NCBI GenBank assembly: GCA_000934665.2
Contig: JYFJ02001009.1
Span: 1 to 64,000 of the forward strand
Source of the DNA: Catajapyx aquilonaris
Lineage: Eukaryota
DNA length: 64,000 bases
Reading direction: 5' to 3'
Of this stretch, positions 39,401 to 53,261 are shown in pieces. How positions within the stretch are numbered: the first letter of the stretch is position 1; each line of letters begins with the position of its first letter. Made by a program: the position numbers and the translations under genes. The notes below the pieces were generated by a model. It was not told the origin of the DNA, made no database searches, and saw only the letters and a program-made list of their open reading frames with translations.

Positions 39401-42400
39401 GATGACTCATATTAAGCGCGACTATGCGGTAAAAATATTATGACACCTTTATCACGTCATGTACACCATACATCCCAGCTCTTAATAAATATGCAGGTTC
39501 CCAACTAAAACAATAATCCCGCAACAGTGTCTGAATACGGCAGCCAGCTGCCAGCCATAAAACACGTCGCTCCCTTACCAGATATTGAATTCCCCGTGCA
39601 AATTCACCTTTTGGGCACGATATATATCACCCCATCGTGTCACCTAAAACCCATTTCGGCAAGCTCAATTATAATAATCACGCACGGATTTTCAATTTTT
39701 TTTTTCACTGTCCCGCTCCTTATTTTGGTGCCGTCACGTTTTTTCGCCCTTACACATTGTTGCCCCTCCCTAAAAGCCTCCCTGTGATATTGTCTTACGT
39801 ACAAAACCAGGGCTCATTTAGGGCTGATGCGATTAACATCGCCGTTCACGCGTCCCTCCCTTCTTCAGAACTTTCCCCCCCAGCACAAATTGGTAGCGAT
39901 ATAACACCTTGTACTATTTTTTTGTGTGTGTCCACTAACTTGGTACCATACGACACAGGTAGCCGCAGGCTTGCTCAAATGTTATTTCCAGCAGTAGATT
40001 ACAAGGTGTGTCCTTCCACCAAAAATGGGCGGAGTTGCCTGATAAGCTCCGTCATTCAAAATGATCTCCACGGGGAAACTTGGCCGACTACACCCAAAAT
40101 GTTTTTTCTTTTTTCTTTTTACGTGTGTGTGTGTTGCAGTTGTAACTTGGGTGTCGGGTTAGCTAGTCAGACGTTTTATTGGAGGGACTCAGACGGCAGG
40201 CGCCACGGCTCCTAAACAACACTGCTGCTTTGTGTATACCAGTACGGTACCACCAGTGAACTATTAAGAGGGCCCGAAAAATTCCAAGGCTGAAAATCAC
40301 TTCTCATTGACCGAAGCATGTGAAGCGGCTTACGTCATTCCCCACCACCCATTAGCGTCAAAATTCGCAACATAAATTTTTCAGATTAACGCAAAATTTG
40401 TGCTATTTTGACGATGATTCGGCAACTTCAGGGGAACAAAAGAGCCATTGTTTCATCCTTCTTTTTTTTTTTTTTGAAGACCGGGGCATTATTAACACCA
40501 CCATTCTTCCCCCCAATGGCAAGCGTCGAAGCTTCCGGTGACTGACAAAAAAGTTCCCACGCCCAAAATTTCCGAATGATGTTAATTGCTGGTTATCCCA
40601 CCGTCTTTTCCTGACCTTGACGGAAAAGGGTTCTCTGAGACTTGCAAAAATTTTCAGCGACGGTGTACTGACCCGGATTATACCAATCCCTAGCTCTGAA
40701 AAAATTTTCCTTCCTTCAAGGTACATAGTGTTGACGGCCCCAGCCTCCCATCCCTGGGGCCATCATCTCTGAGAAACCCAGCCCCAGCATCACCCACCCC
40801 TGCAGGCCCTCATTGACTACACAAGACCGCCTTTCACAACTAAGGCCGTGAAATCCTCTCCGTGTATCACGCCCAGTAATCAATACCGCAATTTTGATTT
40901 ATTTCTTCCATTCGGATCCGACCTCTTGAAGCCGGAAAAACTGGACAACCTTCTAATTGCGAATACCCCCCTCCTGAGGGTTGCACCCATTGCAATCTTC
41001 GTGCCACGGTGCAATGATGAGCACAACACATAACCTTCATTCATATGGTAAGCAGGACCAGGATTTTTCGCAATCAGCCGATCCCCCCCCAATAAACGAA
41101 TTCGTATAGCCAAATTAAATCACATGTCACATATTGAAATAAAACATACCGCCACAAGGAGTCGTCGCCCACATATCTGGACCGGAAACCATAAAACCCA
41201 GCCCTGTGATTAACTACTTCTCATTTCCCATCACCTCGTTACATAGAAAGGTGGAATGAAATACAAGGGAAAAAAAAATCACAGTGATTCATAGTTTGTG
41301 CTCCCGAACGCGCCCCCCTTGCAGGCCGTATATCTTGCAAGGGAATAACAAGAGACATGACTAATCTGAACCAACCGCAATAACAAAAGCAACCTGCATC
41401 CCCATTAACGCACGGCACATTTTATGTAACATCCTGGTGAGGAATAGCCATAAAAGTACACACGCAAATGCAACTGAGTATCATATAAAGACAGCAGTTA
41501 ATAGCACTGTGCCACCCCCCTTTTGTTTCTTCATTATAGAATAAAAGGAAACGTGTGGTCCTCAACAATCGTGGGGGCCATTATCATTTGCAAAATAACC
41601 CCGGACACGTTTCCCCCAATTGCAGCTATAGAGGTCGAATTTATTAGATCCTCAAACCCCCTCCCCCCCCCACCTACGCCCCCTGCCACCACCCACTTTC
41701 CCTAATACCTTTGAATGCAGCGATAAAATTTTACGAGTAAATCGTGGCTCGTGATATTAGCGCCACATCATAAAATCCAAACTGATTTCCTCAACATTGA
41801 TCCACTTATGAGATGCCCATATCACGAGATCATTGTAACCGCTTATGCGATCCTATTTCCCGAAAGGCTAACAACTGGCAATAACATTCCTCCACGTGGC
41901 TATACACAAGCCCAATTCTTCCACCTACAAAAATCTTACATGATAAATCCAAAAGTTTGTCTGTATGTCCGGACTACCGAGAGCCCTGATTGAGAGAAAA
42001 GTCCGAAAACCGCACTTTTTTAAAAAAGTCTAAATGACTTAAATTTAGGCTGTGCGAAGAACGGGCTACACTGCTATAGTTTATAATAAAATGCGTAGTC
42101 TGATTTTTAATATATAAACAAAACGCGTGCCTGGAAAACTGGTTTCACCAATGTGTTCGACGACTACAAAATCACCTGACAAGTGTGCATATGTTTTCAC
42201 GCCTAGATGGCTCACATATCTTGCTACTACGATAATCTCCATTTGCATCATGAATTACAGCCAGCCTCTACCTGTCTACTTAACTCCCCAGTAAACACAA
42301 CAACAACATGTCCCATAAGTGCTCGATATATCCCCGAGCACTCCTATCCTGACACTTCATGGCCGGACATAGGATGCTAAACCAATAGTTATCTTCCAAT

Positions 42401-45400
42401 CTTACACGCACAAGCATTTATCAATATCAGGTAACACTTCCAGGTAGCAACAGCGTTTCGACCCACCCTGTAGATATCATTCGACACCCTCTCCTAAGGC
42501 CGTCCATATACAAATCAGGTGTATCAAGAGAACCTGCGAAAATGGGAGGGGCGGCAAAACATGGTGGACAGGTACCCCCATGATGCCCTTCTTTGGGGGG
42601 TTGACCAGCTTCCTGGACAACTTTTAACAGCTTCCTCGTCCCCACTCCATTTTTGGCCACGTTTGTACGGAGCGGTTCGCGTGCGGTGCTCATCCGTCTG
42701 CAAAAATGGCAGCCCCCAAGATGCGGCTTTGAGGTCACCCATCAGGACTTTGCCAATCCTTATCCCCCTATTGGGGTACCATACCGCTTTTGATCGTCTC
42801 AACCACTTTTATGGCCACCTAAGGCTTGATTTAGTACCGTTTCATTCACCAGGTTTCCTTATTGATATTCCCACGCGGTGATCGCAGACATTATTTTTAT
42901 TTTTTTTTGACCAGCCGGGTATGTCCATCGTATATGCCCCGTAGTGTGGGCTTCGGGTTACTTGTCAATGTCAACTTGCTTAGGAACCAAAAAAAACCAG
43001 CCCGCCTATTTCAAGGGGTTGGAGAGAGGAGGAATAAAAAAGGCGCGGTCACCAACAGGAAACCTGTAAGGTTGGGGATGGGAGTGACTTATGGGCCGAT
43101 GGTCAAAAAACCTGCATCTTATATAGCCAACGGGCAGGGGTTTTGCTCTTGCAACAACGTGCCACAAAGCTTCTTGTCGGATCCTGTTCAGAAAAATTGA
43201 AATCCAGCAAGAAAACCGGGAGGATGTCAAATTAAGTCAGCAGAACGTCATGAGGCTTATGCAGAAATGTCATTTCCACAGCACATCATTTGTCACATGA
43301 AACTTGTGCCACCTGTCGCGCTCTTTTTCACACACAAAAAAAAACTACCGGCTGCGCAAGTGAAGCCATACAAGGAACATACGCTGCATAATAGGTCCTA
43401 ATTATCAAGCTCATTGCTCATGCCCTCTTTTGTAATCCTGCTCTAAACATTGTATGCGCACGTGTACAGTCATCAGCAAAAGTGTTTTTTTTTTTAATCT
43501 GATATCTGCACATTACTCCAATGTTGTCCCAGGCATGAAATCGCACTTCCCCCAGCCAATCGTGCACCTCTCGACAAGCAGCCAACGAGTGTGACAACAA
43601 GAGCATCACGGGCCACTGATAAAGCCCACTTCATTCCGACAATCACAGCTGATAAAAGAGACCCGAGTGCCTCTTGATCCTCGACACGAGCAACCGGATT
43701 AAACACACAGATAAAAAAAAAATAAAAAATGGAGAGGGTAGGATGAAAAGAGAGACTTCAAATAGGACAATACGGTGGCGAATACCTGTCCAGCACCCAC
43801 ACCTTTGCTTTTTTAGGCATTCCAGGGTGTCACTTCCTGCCAATAAACACGATGCCCTCCCACCTGTGCATTGCAACACATCTTACTTTTCGAGACTAAC
43901 TACATGGTACACACACCCTCATTTCCACACCCAGAAGAAGTCCTTGATTCGCGCGCATCCAAATTATTATGTGGGCGTCCCAAGGAAACGGCCGGTTGCA
44001 TAAGAGAGGGAAATGGGTCAAAAGAAAGCAGGGTAAACAAAATACGGGAAGTGGGTCTCTCTCCAACCCCACACCCTATACCTGTACAAAAAAGTAACAA
44101 AAAATACACACATAAGGATGGCCTAGGTATGGTGGTGGTCATGGTCTGTCACCCTGCAAAGAGAGTGGCGTCTTTTGTATTCATCAGTCCACGGACCGGT
44201 ACGCAACACCGCCCACGTGTCTGAATCGTCACTTTGGGAACCCGGTGTGGAAAAAGTAGGTCTATTCCGCCGCATCCTATGGAAATCATTATGCCGGACA
44301 GTAGTACAATCAAGGCTCCTCCTAGCGAAGCAAGTGGGTCAAGACATTGCCTGTACAGCACAATCATACGCTGTTTCATCAGAAAAATCAAGCGCGTCAC
44401 CACGTATGTGGGTGGGGGGGAACATCCTGTGGCCAGCAGGTATACACACGCTCTCAAATGAAGCGAAACTGTAGTAAGTACCTCCCCAAAACATGGTCGA
44501 TGAATGTAACCATGCCATCAAACAAAATGGGTGTTATCGAGCGTGAAAAATTTGGTATTTTTCACCGGATGAGTGAGGCTCGAAATTGGCCGCTTTTTTG
44601 AAACAGAAGCTCAGCACCTATAGCCCCTTCTTTTTTCTTGTGCACATTTTTGGCATAAATTAGACGCGTCCTGCCGGAAGACCCAGGTACGTTACGACGT
44701 GAAAGTGTCGGGAGGAATTAAAAAGGTCTGCGCAAATATTTGACGAAATCATTCCTGATGGAAGAAACGTGTCGTCTCTTGAGGAAGCTGCGAGGATCTT
44801 CTCTCCCTTATATATATAACAAGAAGGTGAGAGTGGGCATCAAGAAACTGGTTCCAAGCCAAATCTTCTGGATTAACCTGATATGCTCCAAACGTTGTTG
44901 TTTTGTTTTTTTTTTGTAAAGGCTCCAGTAATGGCTCAATAACAAAACGTGCTGCTTGCCCAGGCTTCGGCTACAAATAGAACTATTCCTAGGCCGAATA
45001 TTTCCGTTATAGTCTGGAATGTACAGCGTACCCCACAGCAAACTGGTTTTCGCTGTTTACCCCGAACTTTGCCACGATCGTTTGTGTATATCAACTACTG
45101 ACCACGTTTTCCTCATCTTCAGACTCCTAAAAACCGCAGTAACCACCCACCCCCTTTTGTACGAATTGCAATTATTACCCGAGCCCCGCCTGGTCGTACA
45201 CAACAAAGGTCATGGGTGCTCGGCCATTTGTGACTTTCTACAACTAGTAATTAATGTATGCTCCTCACACGAATATCAGTACGGAGCTTGACCTTGCCGT
45301 TTTTATAATAAGGAACAACTCAATTCCCATCGGGTCGTGAGCCGGAATGAAGACATGAAAATTCGTGCGCACCAAATTAATTGCCTTTATGCCCCCCAAC

Positions 45401-48400
45401 AATGATGAATGCCAGATTATGCCCCTTGATTTTGCTGGCACCCTTGTGGCATCCAGGGACACTTGTTTATAATCCGCGGCTTCTTAAACTATAAGAAAAA
45501 CGGGGCGCTTTCTCCAACCTTATTCCCAAGTGCGGAGGGGGGGGGGGGGGGGNAACCAAACGTGATCTGCATGAACACCTTCAGAAGCCACATGCAGCTA
45601 TTTGAACTTCTTACACGAATTTACGGGACCAACACCCTGATTTTTTTTTTTTTTTTACAGCTGGATCTGCGCGAATTCATATATTCTAACCCAATTAATT
45701 AGCGACGTTAAGACTGGTCTTGCCAGTTCCCAATTTTCAACCCGTCGGAGAGTCCGAATCGCTGTTGTTATATACGGTACCATCAAACGTCAGGTCGGGC
45801 AAGATTAGGCTCGTAAAAAGAGTATCCCACCCTGTCGTAAAAGTCCGAAATTCCGCTGGAAAATAGTCATCACCGCTTCCCTTTAAAAAAAAAAACGCCG
45901 ATTAATTTCTCCGCCAAATTATGACGTCAATTTTGCTAAACGGCCCATATTTTATAACCTCCGGTGTTCCTTTCGCCTCCGTATCAATTATCGCTTTCTA
46001 CTCTTTTTTTTCCGGACCCCAGCAATAGACATGTTTATAGCGTCGGTTTTCTATGCGAAAACATTTTTCAGGAAACCGGCAGACACTATATGACGCGTCC
46101 TTTTCCAACCCCAGCCCCCCAAATAAATGACTAATTTAGCGCCTCATAAAGACAACGAGGCAACTTTACGAGCTACTGGTGTTGCCTTGCTGTGACCGGC
46201 TTTCACACATTTACTCTCTCGTTTCTTCTGGGACACATTTTAGCCGACACATACAACCCAATTATGAGAGAAATCGGGATTTGCCAGTCTCGAAGGCCGG
46301 CCGGCCGGCTCATCCTCAACTACCACCGAAAGAAATGACTTTTGACCCTCTTTTTACCCCCAGTCACTCCTAGATCAACACAATAAGCCAGCACGTACGA
46401 ATTACAGCCCCAAAAGAGGCGTGGAAATGTAGATTGGCTTCGACCCATTAATCTCCTTTGACGTTGAAAACCCCACCCTATAGTATAAGGAGAGAGAGAG
46501 AGAAAAAAAAGTAACAACTCATACATACTCTTACTAGCCCCGAAAATTCCTATCATTGAAGGCAGATCGTGGGCATAATCAAAAGAGACGTCGCCCATCT
46601 CGTTCAAGAGTTAAGTAACCAGGGTGGACAGCCTGAGAGGGGGGTTGTCTGGGTAGTCACCACCATGTCAAATGTGGAGCCAAGGTCGTTTTTGTTCTCT
46701 TCTGGCGCGGTTGATATCCGGATAACTCAGGATACCTGTTATGTGTCACTAATTTATGCAAAGTGATGGGCGGTGCATCTCACCAGCTGGCTATACACCG
46801 TGAGGTGGAATCTGTGACAAATTCGACCTTTGCAACAAGCACTAAAATAGGTTTGAACAGTGCCCGGATTCTCCCAAAAAATTAAGCTGCAGAGTATGTA
46901 GCCAGCATTCCCATTGATTATGCTTCAACATGCTCAGGCATGCCATGGAAAAGTAATTACACAAACGGTACAGAAGGGTTTCAGATTGCAGGTATACCCA
47001 GTGGTGTCATCGGCTTCCACGTCTCAATCGGGGGCTATTAGGAGGTGCGAAGGAGTACAACGTTGACCCCGAGGTCACGTCGGGTCATCAATAATAACCC
47101 CCGGTTGCGACTGCGCCCCGTTAGAAGATCACGAAACGGCCATTGCCTTATTGGACGAGCTGGAGGGTGGGCCTATCATCGATGCTGGGTGCCACATGCA
47201 AATGCGCACAATGTGACATCAGATGACCTCAACGACTCTCTTTTAAAAAAAAAACTTAACCGGCCACGTGCTGGGCCAACGTCCTGCTCGGTGTCCAACT
47301 TGCCCACTTTGCAATTATTGTTTTTAATAACATACATGTGAAAAGCTTTGCATCACTCACGCTCGGGCCCCCACTCTTAATTCAATAATTGCAGCTTACA
47401 GGATGCCAATCCGTTAATAACCCGCCTCTCAAGACGCGGTAAAAGCTGGCCCAATATAATGTTAATAACTTCATTATTACACCCGCGATTCACGTTTTAA
47501 TGGGGGGGGCACCCTTGGCGCATCCTTGGGATGCACGGAAAAGCACTTTGTACAAATACAGGAGGCCGCCACCTGGTCAAAACGTATGAATGAAAATCGG
47601 CGTCCCTTAGACGACCCTGAGGTAAAAGAAAGACGTGGGTGGACTTGAACAGAAAGAAAAAAATTGGGCACGTCTCACAGAATCACCCGAATCGGATGAC
47701 CACACTTTTTGATGCCCTCCAGACACGGTGCACCCTTCCGGAGGCCTTGCCTTCATTTGCATATGCTCTGTCCCCACAACCTGCTTTTTTTCCCCCCCAC
47801 AGCAGGTACAAGACCCGCCCAAAGGGTCTCTTTCTTCCCTCGGACCAAGGACGCGGAGGAAGGTGGAGTTGGTCGGCTTTGAGAGGGGGTGACCCTACTA
47901 GACTGACAAGTAAAATACGGCGCACCTTTCCCTACCTGCTTTTTTTTTATAATATACTCTTTACACCTCCGCTTGTTACACCCACGCCCTTTCACCTCGC
48001 GCTGAAACAACTACAAACTGATAACGTGGCACTTTGAGGGTCATAACAGGGATATTCATTCATGGTGCAGACTATACATGGCTCGCTGGTCATGCAGAAA
48101 AGAAACCAGCCATTAGACAAACGGAGCTTTCAACGAGTGCGCATTTTGATAAATATTATTTACCATCCCTTATCGCGTGATCAAAAAAAAAAAAGAAGGG
48201 TTATGCTAATGCTCCACCTGTGCATCAGATTACACCTCGAGATAATCAGCTATCAAAAAATAACAACCGCTATCACAAAAACAAACAATAACTGATTGAC
48301 TATGCATTGACCCTGGCTAATTCGCTGCGGGGCTCTCACGTCGATTACTAATTTAAAAAAAAATCGGATTCGGCATTGTCACATGTTACGCAACACTACC

Positions 48401-51400
48401 GGTCACTGTTATTGGGTGGGCTAAAATGCCTATCAATAATATCGCATGTGCATTCCTCCACAATTTTTTTAAAAACCCCTGAGGTTGTGTGTCGCCACAA
48501 CTCTCAAGGACAGCCGCACACAAAAGCACGCGTCAAGATTTATTTCCGATGCGTCTGTGCCATTTACGCCTCCGATCATTGAGAGAAAAAGTTCAAGGTT
48601 CCTTCCACGGTTTTTCTGCAACAATCAATCCGGTGGTGTTGGGTGGGTGGATGGGGGCAGACCAGGCCTTTTGCATCATGAACCCCACCCGGACCAACAT
48701 GGCTGGCAGCAGGAGGAATGTGAGACCCCCTGAGGGCTAATCCCCAGCAACTGGCTCTGGGACACGAGCAACAGACTTCCAAGAAGTCGAACTGCCACAT
48801 GGCTAGGATGCAAAAGAGTCATTTGGGTCACTTCTTCGCGAAAAATTTCAAACTAACCACTGTTGGCGGAATTTCAAGTATATCCACCTTCCAGGAAGCC
48901 ACCTTTGCCCTTATACAAAAAAAAATGCTGTTATGGAATAATAAGCTTGTTTTGCTTGATTGTTTTACACCTGGGCTTGAAGGATATTGCACGGTTGGGG
49001 TGTGAAAATGTCAAATGTGACGTTGCCTGACTCTGTGCCTGATTGAACCGATCTGGGGCGCTGTCATAAATACATTAACAATTCCACGGCTTTGCTCGAA
49101 AAGGAATTGACAATTGTAACTGCAGGACGACGATGCTAATCTTGTCGCTTTCCCTACGTGCCAGACATAGTACGTCTGTTGACAGCTAATGGATATAAAG
49201 AGAAAGGGGTGAGCCACGACAATTGGACCAATCCCCGAGCAGTGATCAATTTTACAGATATCTGTCACGGCGAGGGCATGGAAAATAGAAGACTCAATTT
49301 CCAAAGGTGTCCCTAGTGGCCTATTGGCTGCTGTGATAAATTAAACACGGATTTTCAAATATTATCTCTACTAATTCATTCCCCCAGGAGGAGGGCATTT
49401 GTCAAGATTTTCAAGATGCAATTAATCTGTTGCCAACAAATATTGGTAACATATGGTGTGGAGTGCATGTGATCTAATGAACACACGGAAACCTCCTAAT
49501 GCGGAGACATGAACATATTGTACTGCAAAACGCTCATTAGTTGCTTATTCATCAAGTCTGTAAATTTCCCAAAAAAAAACAGGTTCCTCGCACACAATGT
49601 GCTGGAAAAATGAATAACAGTGTGGGCCTTGGAGCAATATGACTGGCTCAGAATTTCTTAACCCTAGAACCCCACTTGTCTTGTAACACGCCAACCAAAA
49701 AAAAAAAAAAATGTTCAATCCTTTTGACTCCCCTTAAGTGTAATTATCCAATATCAACAGCAACAACAAGTCCCACCTTGCAATTTTGGGCAGTTAGCAT
49801 GCTTATGGTCAGGTAGCCTGCAATTTCATTCCAGGTGGTCTCCCGCACTCCTTCATGGCTCCGGGTAATGTGAGTTATGACATGGTGGTTATAAGTGTCT
49901 CCCCGCACCCACTGGATTCCTCCATTGCACCTTGGATGTCTTCATGCCTAATTATACTGCTGGGTAATTGGGCTCTGACGCAACACTGCATGGTCATTTG
50001 AGTCCCGCAAGGTGCCAGTTTGACCACCACTGATGAGATCCCCAAGAAATTACAGAGGGTGGGCTCCAATATGAAGGCTTCCTACTCAACAAGTTCTGCT
50101 TGTGTTGCCTGCAATATTTATGAGCATGTCACCATCCACATAAAGCTACCGATGCATAACTTCATGACAAAATATGTAGTGACCAGTGGTGTCAACTATG
50201 ATTTATTGCGCTTACCCTTTCGTTGTCCACAGCGAGTACTGGCTCTCTCTCATTAGTAGCACCCAGTTAGAACAATGCATTATGTATGAGAAGATTATGT
50301 GCACTTTGTAGTTTTTAGAAGTTTCAGTACAGCACTGGAGCAGTTACATGGAAAAATAAAACTAACATGTCGACAGATCTGCTGCAGTCTCCTGGTCAGC
50401 CCACCATTAATGGTACACACATCCTACAGCCTTGACAGCGACCCCTTGCAGACTAGCATACAAGTTACTGGAATATTATGGTCGTCAAACATAATTCCCG
50501 GCATACACAAAAATTAGTGTCCTAATTCCACCTTGCAACGTAATCCAGTCTGGACCTTGTTTTAAAATCAACACACAGCGCCACCGGTCGGTTAGACTCA
50601 CACATGAAACATTAGAGACTCAGGGATCCAAGTGAATATTAGCGCGATGGGGGTACCCTCAGTAAAAGAAGTTGGGTTACAACAGATTGGAAACAAATAA
50701 TACTCGACACACACAACACAGGTGTATATATCATCAAGTACCACACAGACTCGCACAAAGAATTAATCAGCTTAGCTTACCCTCGACGTTACAGAGTTAC
50801 ACAGGTTAGTGACACCTTGCACGCTGAAAGACAGGCAAGTTGGAACATGCTGAAACACTACGCATGCAGTGTAAACCAATTAAATTGCATTTAATAAAAT
50901 ATCTGCAACAGTGCACTTATTCCCAACCAACAATCCCCCAGCATAAAAAAATCTACACAAGCAAGCAGCCTGTCTCGGTTTTAAGCAATGCGCCAACTGC
51001 ATCACGGTTAACGTTCCCAATGAAATGCATGCATGAATTAGGGGTGCCCACTCCTTCGTTCCTTGGCAGTCGTCTACACCCAGAGCAACATTTCCCAAGG
51101 CAAAACACATCACAGGAGGCATTTGAGAGTCATACTCTGGAACCTAGATTGGCAAGGCCCTTGTTATGCCCACCTGACTCTTAATTATCTCTTTACCACA
51201 AAAATTGTATAACATTATGCAACTTTTACAATCAAAAACTTCCTGCCGCACTTTACCTTTTTTTGAACCAAGATGCTCTCTGTATTTATTTTCTTCGGTA
51301 TCCAACCGGCCCTCACCGAAATTTTCCCTTTCTGCACCAAAATTCTGCCACGCACCGTTACAGGTGCACCAAGCGGGTTAAAAGTATATAAAAAAAAGTA

Positions 51401-52223
51401 GGAAAATTGAGGTAGTAGGGCATTAGTGTGTTACACCAACCCAATTCCAAACACCTCAACTTCCTCAGACCATAAACCATCACTTTTACCTTGACTTTTA
51501 ACATGAAAAATTCTTCCACTTGACAAATCTGATGTGTAATGTAGTATGACCGCACAATTATTTTTAAGAATGCAGTTACTGACACCGAGACCTGACTCAC
51601 ATTTCATACAGCGGTATGACCATTGGACATCACGTGTCCGTGTGGGCAACTATCCAATTCATTGTTTTAAGAGGCACATGCCGCATGTATACAAATTAGG
51701 GTGTTCCCAAGTGCACTTGTTGCATGTACTACAAAAAATGTTTATCCTAAGGATGGTGTATGGCCTGCCAAAAATTCCATTAGAAAAAGTACAGTTTTTG
51801 CAATGTCAGGTCCTTGGCTTTGTCCGAATGGCCCAAGTCAAGGCTTCTTTTCTTTTCTTCCCCCTCCAACTCCCATCCCTTCCTTTCTTTCCTTCCCCCA
51901 TTTTTTTTTCTCTCTCTTACCCTCTCCAACTCTCCACTCCCAGAGAGAGACGCCAAGGAACGGAAAAGGCAAGCGAAAAAAAGGGGGGGTTAAGAACACT
52001 TTGCATTCCCCCCAAAAAACACACACACGTTCCACACACACACACACACACACACATTCTAATAAAAGGACTATAATAAAAACGATGCTGCCTTACCTTC
52101 ATCGAGAAGTCTTTCAACGTGCATGAAGACGTTAGGGAAAGCCGCAAGCTGCTTCTTGTCTTTAAGTAGTTGTGCTAAGTAGTCAGCTATGCTCTGCGTG
52201 TTGTTGTTAGTATTTTCACCCAT
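21851..52223 (-). CDS. how: Held out wings / Quaking STAR-family KH RNA-binding protein, long isoform How(L); 328 aa
   Basis: complement(join(21851..21927,24519..24812,25473..25566,28688..28831,33103..33219,33287..33420,52097..52223)), all GT-AG and in phase. QUA1 [66 protein letters not shown]2 [23 protein letters not shown]-terminal REHPYQR nuclear-retention motif. Confidence 0.95.
24499..24812 (-). CDS. how: how coding exon 6 (Pro/Ala/Tyr-rich; internal donor for L, read-through for S)
   Basis: [14 protein letters not shown]...[32 protein letters not shown]...YAPY..DYANY; ACACAG acceptor with an ACTAAC branch-like site at 24852-24847. Confidence 0.9.
24499..52223 (-). CDS. how: How(S) short isoform; 309 aa ending GGLFAR
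   Basis: Reading through the exon-6 donor (GT at 24518-24517) gives ...[12 protein letters not shown] (stop 24501-24499). GGLFAR is the short-isoform tail as I recall it from Drosophila How(S). Confidence 0.85.
25473..25566 (-). CDS. how: how coding exon 5 (QUA2)
   Basis: [37 protein letters not shown] acceptor, GTAAGT donor. Confidence 0.95.
28688..28831 (-). CDS. how: how coding exon 4
   Basis: [55 protein letters not shown] acceptor, GTAAGT donor. Confidence 0.95.
33103..33420 (-). CDS. how: how coding exons 2 (33287..33420) and 3 (33103..33219), KH domain
   Basis: [14 protein letters not shown]...[10 protein letters not shown] | [39 protein letters not shown]; separated by a 67-nt intron. 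Confidence 0.95.
50781..50823 (-). other. how: Candidate 43-nt poison cassette exon in how intron 1
   Basis: Acceptor CTTGCCTGTCTTTCAG, donor AGG|GTAAGC. In-frame TAA when joined to exon 1. Contains CACTAAC-N5-TAAC. Confidence 0.55.
52097..52223 (-). CDS. how: how coding exon 1 (QUA1)
   Basis: [42 protein letters not shown], donor G|GTAAGG. Not present in the ORF track. Confidence 0.95.
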
Positions 52224-52517
52224 TATGGTCTCTCTCTCTCTCTCTCTCCTATATGATATAGATGTGTTTTTTTGAGGGGATTATTTTAAAAAAAGTGTGG
52301 GTTCTTTTCGGTGGGGCACAGGCCACGATGGGCCCGCACAGGGAAGAGGAACTAGAGGGGTTAAGAGGTGGGGGATAATAGTCTACCTGAGAGGTTGAGC
52401 TGCGTACTGAACCACACGCCCCGGCAACGCACGGACACGACTTGTGGGGGCCAGGCGCGGGGGCGAGACTGGCTAGGGGCAGGGGGGGAGGAGGAGGAGG
52501 AGGAGGAGAAAGAGAGA

Positions 52518-52528
52518 GCGCATGCGCA
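52518..52528 (-). promoter_or_regulatory. NRF-1/Erect wing-type palindromic site in the how promoter region
   Basis: TGCGCATGCGC on the minus strand, ~300 nt upstream of the ATG in a GC-rich stretch. A candidate Inr TCAGT lies at 52410-52406. Confidence 0.4.
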
Positions 52529-53099
52529 GGTGGATTGGAACGTCTGGTTGGGGCGGGTCCACTTCGCACATTGTGGGGGAGGCACCGCGCAAGGTGGCCA
52601 GGTGGAATGCAGCGGGAAGTTTCGTTTCGAGTTGCCCCATTGGCAGTGGTGCCAGGTGGCCAATAGATCGTAGATCATAATATATATATTATCATCGTAG
52701 ATCATGTTACGTCACAGGGTGTTTCTCTCCATTATTTATTTTTTTTGCAATACAGAAGCCCCTGTTTCCCCCTGAGGGCGTTTGCGTGCCAAGAAGACGA
52801 CTCCCCTTATTTTCTATAATTTGTGATATTTTTTCCTGATGTTTGGACTTGTCAGGAAGTGGATGAGACTTGAACATTGAGAGGGGGGGGGGGGGANGGG
52901 GGGGGGGGGGCACAATTGGTAGGCGAGCGAAGGTGGAAGCACACATTTTTGTAGCCTACATATAAATGACAACAAAAATGCTAGAAGAATTTGCTGAAAT
53001 CGTGGTACTTTGCGAGAAATAAATTAATCCTTAATTTCGGCTTTCTGGCACTTAGGAAAATTTCGGAAAAAACTCCTAAATTAATTGTTTCTAATGGAG

Positions 53100-53261
53100 T
53101 ACAGTATTGGTCATGTATCGAGGCAACTGCCAGCGACATTTTCCGAAAGCGGCAGAAGAAGGAATCGAAGATAAGCATGCTATAAGCCGAGCGATCGAGA
53201 TTCGTTCTTCTGCCGCTTCGGAAAATGTCGCTGGCGGTTGCCTCGATGTATGACCAATACT

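Noticed and set aside
33421..52096. Numerous 60-190 aa ORFs inside how intron 1 (e.g. 39637..40215, 51546..52076)
   Set aside because: Low-complexity or random composition, many with non-ATG starts, no domains and no consistent exon chains.
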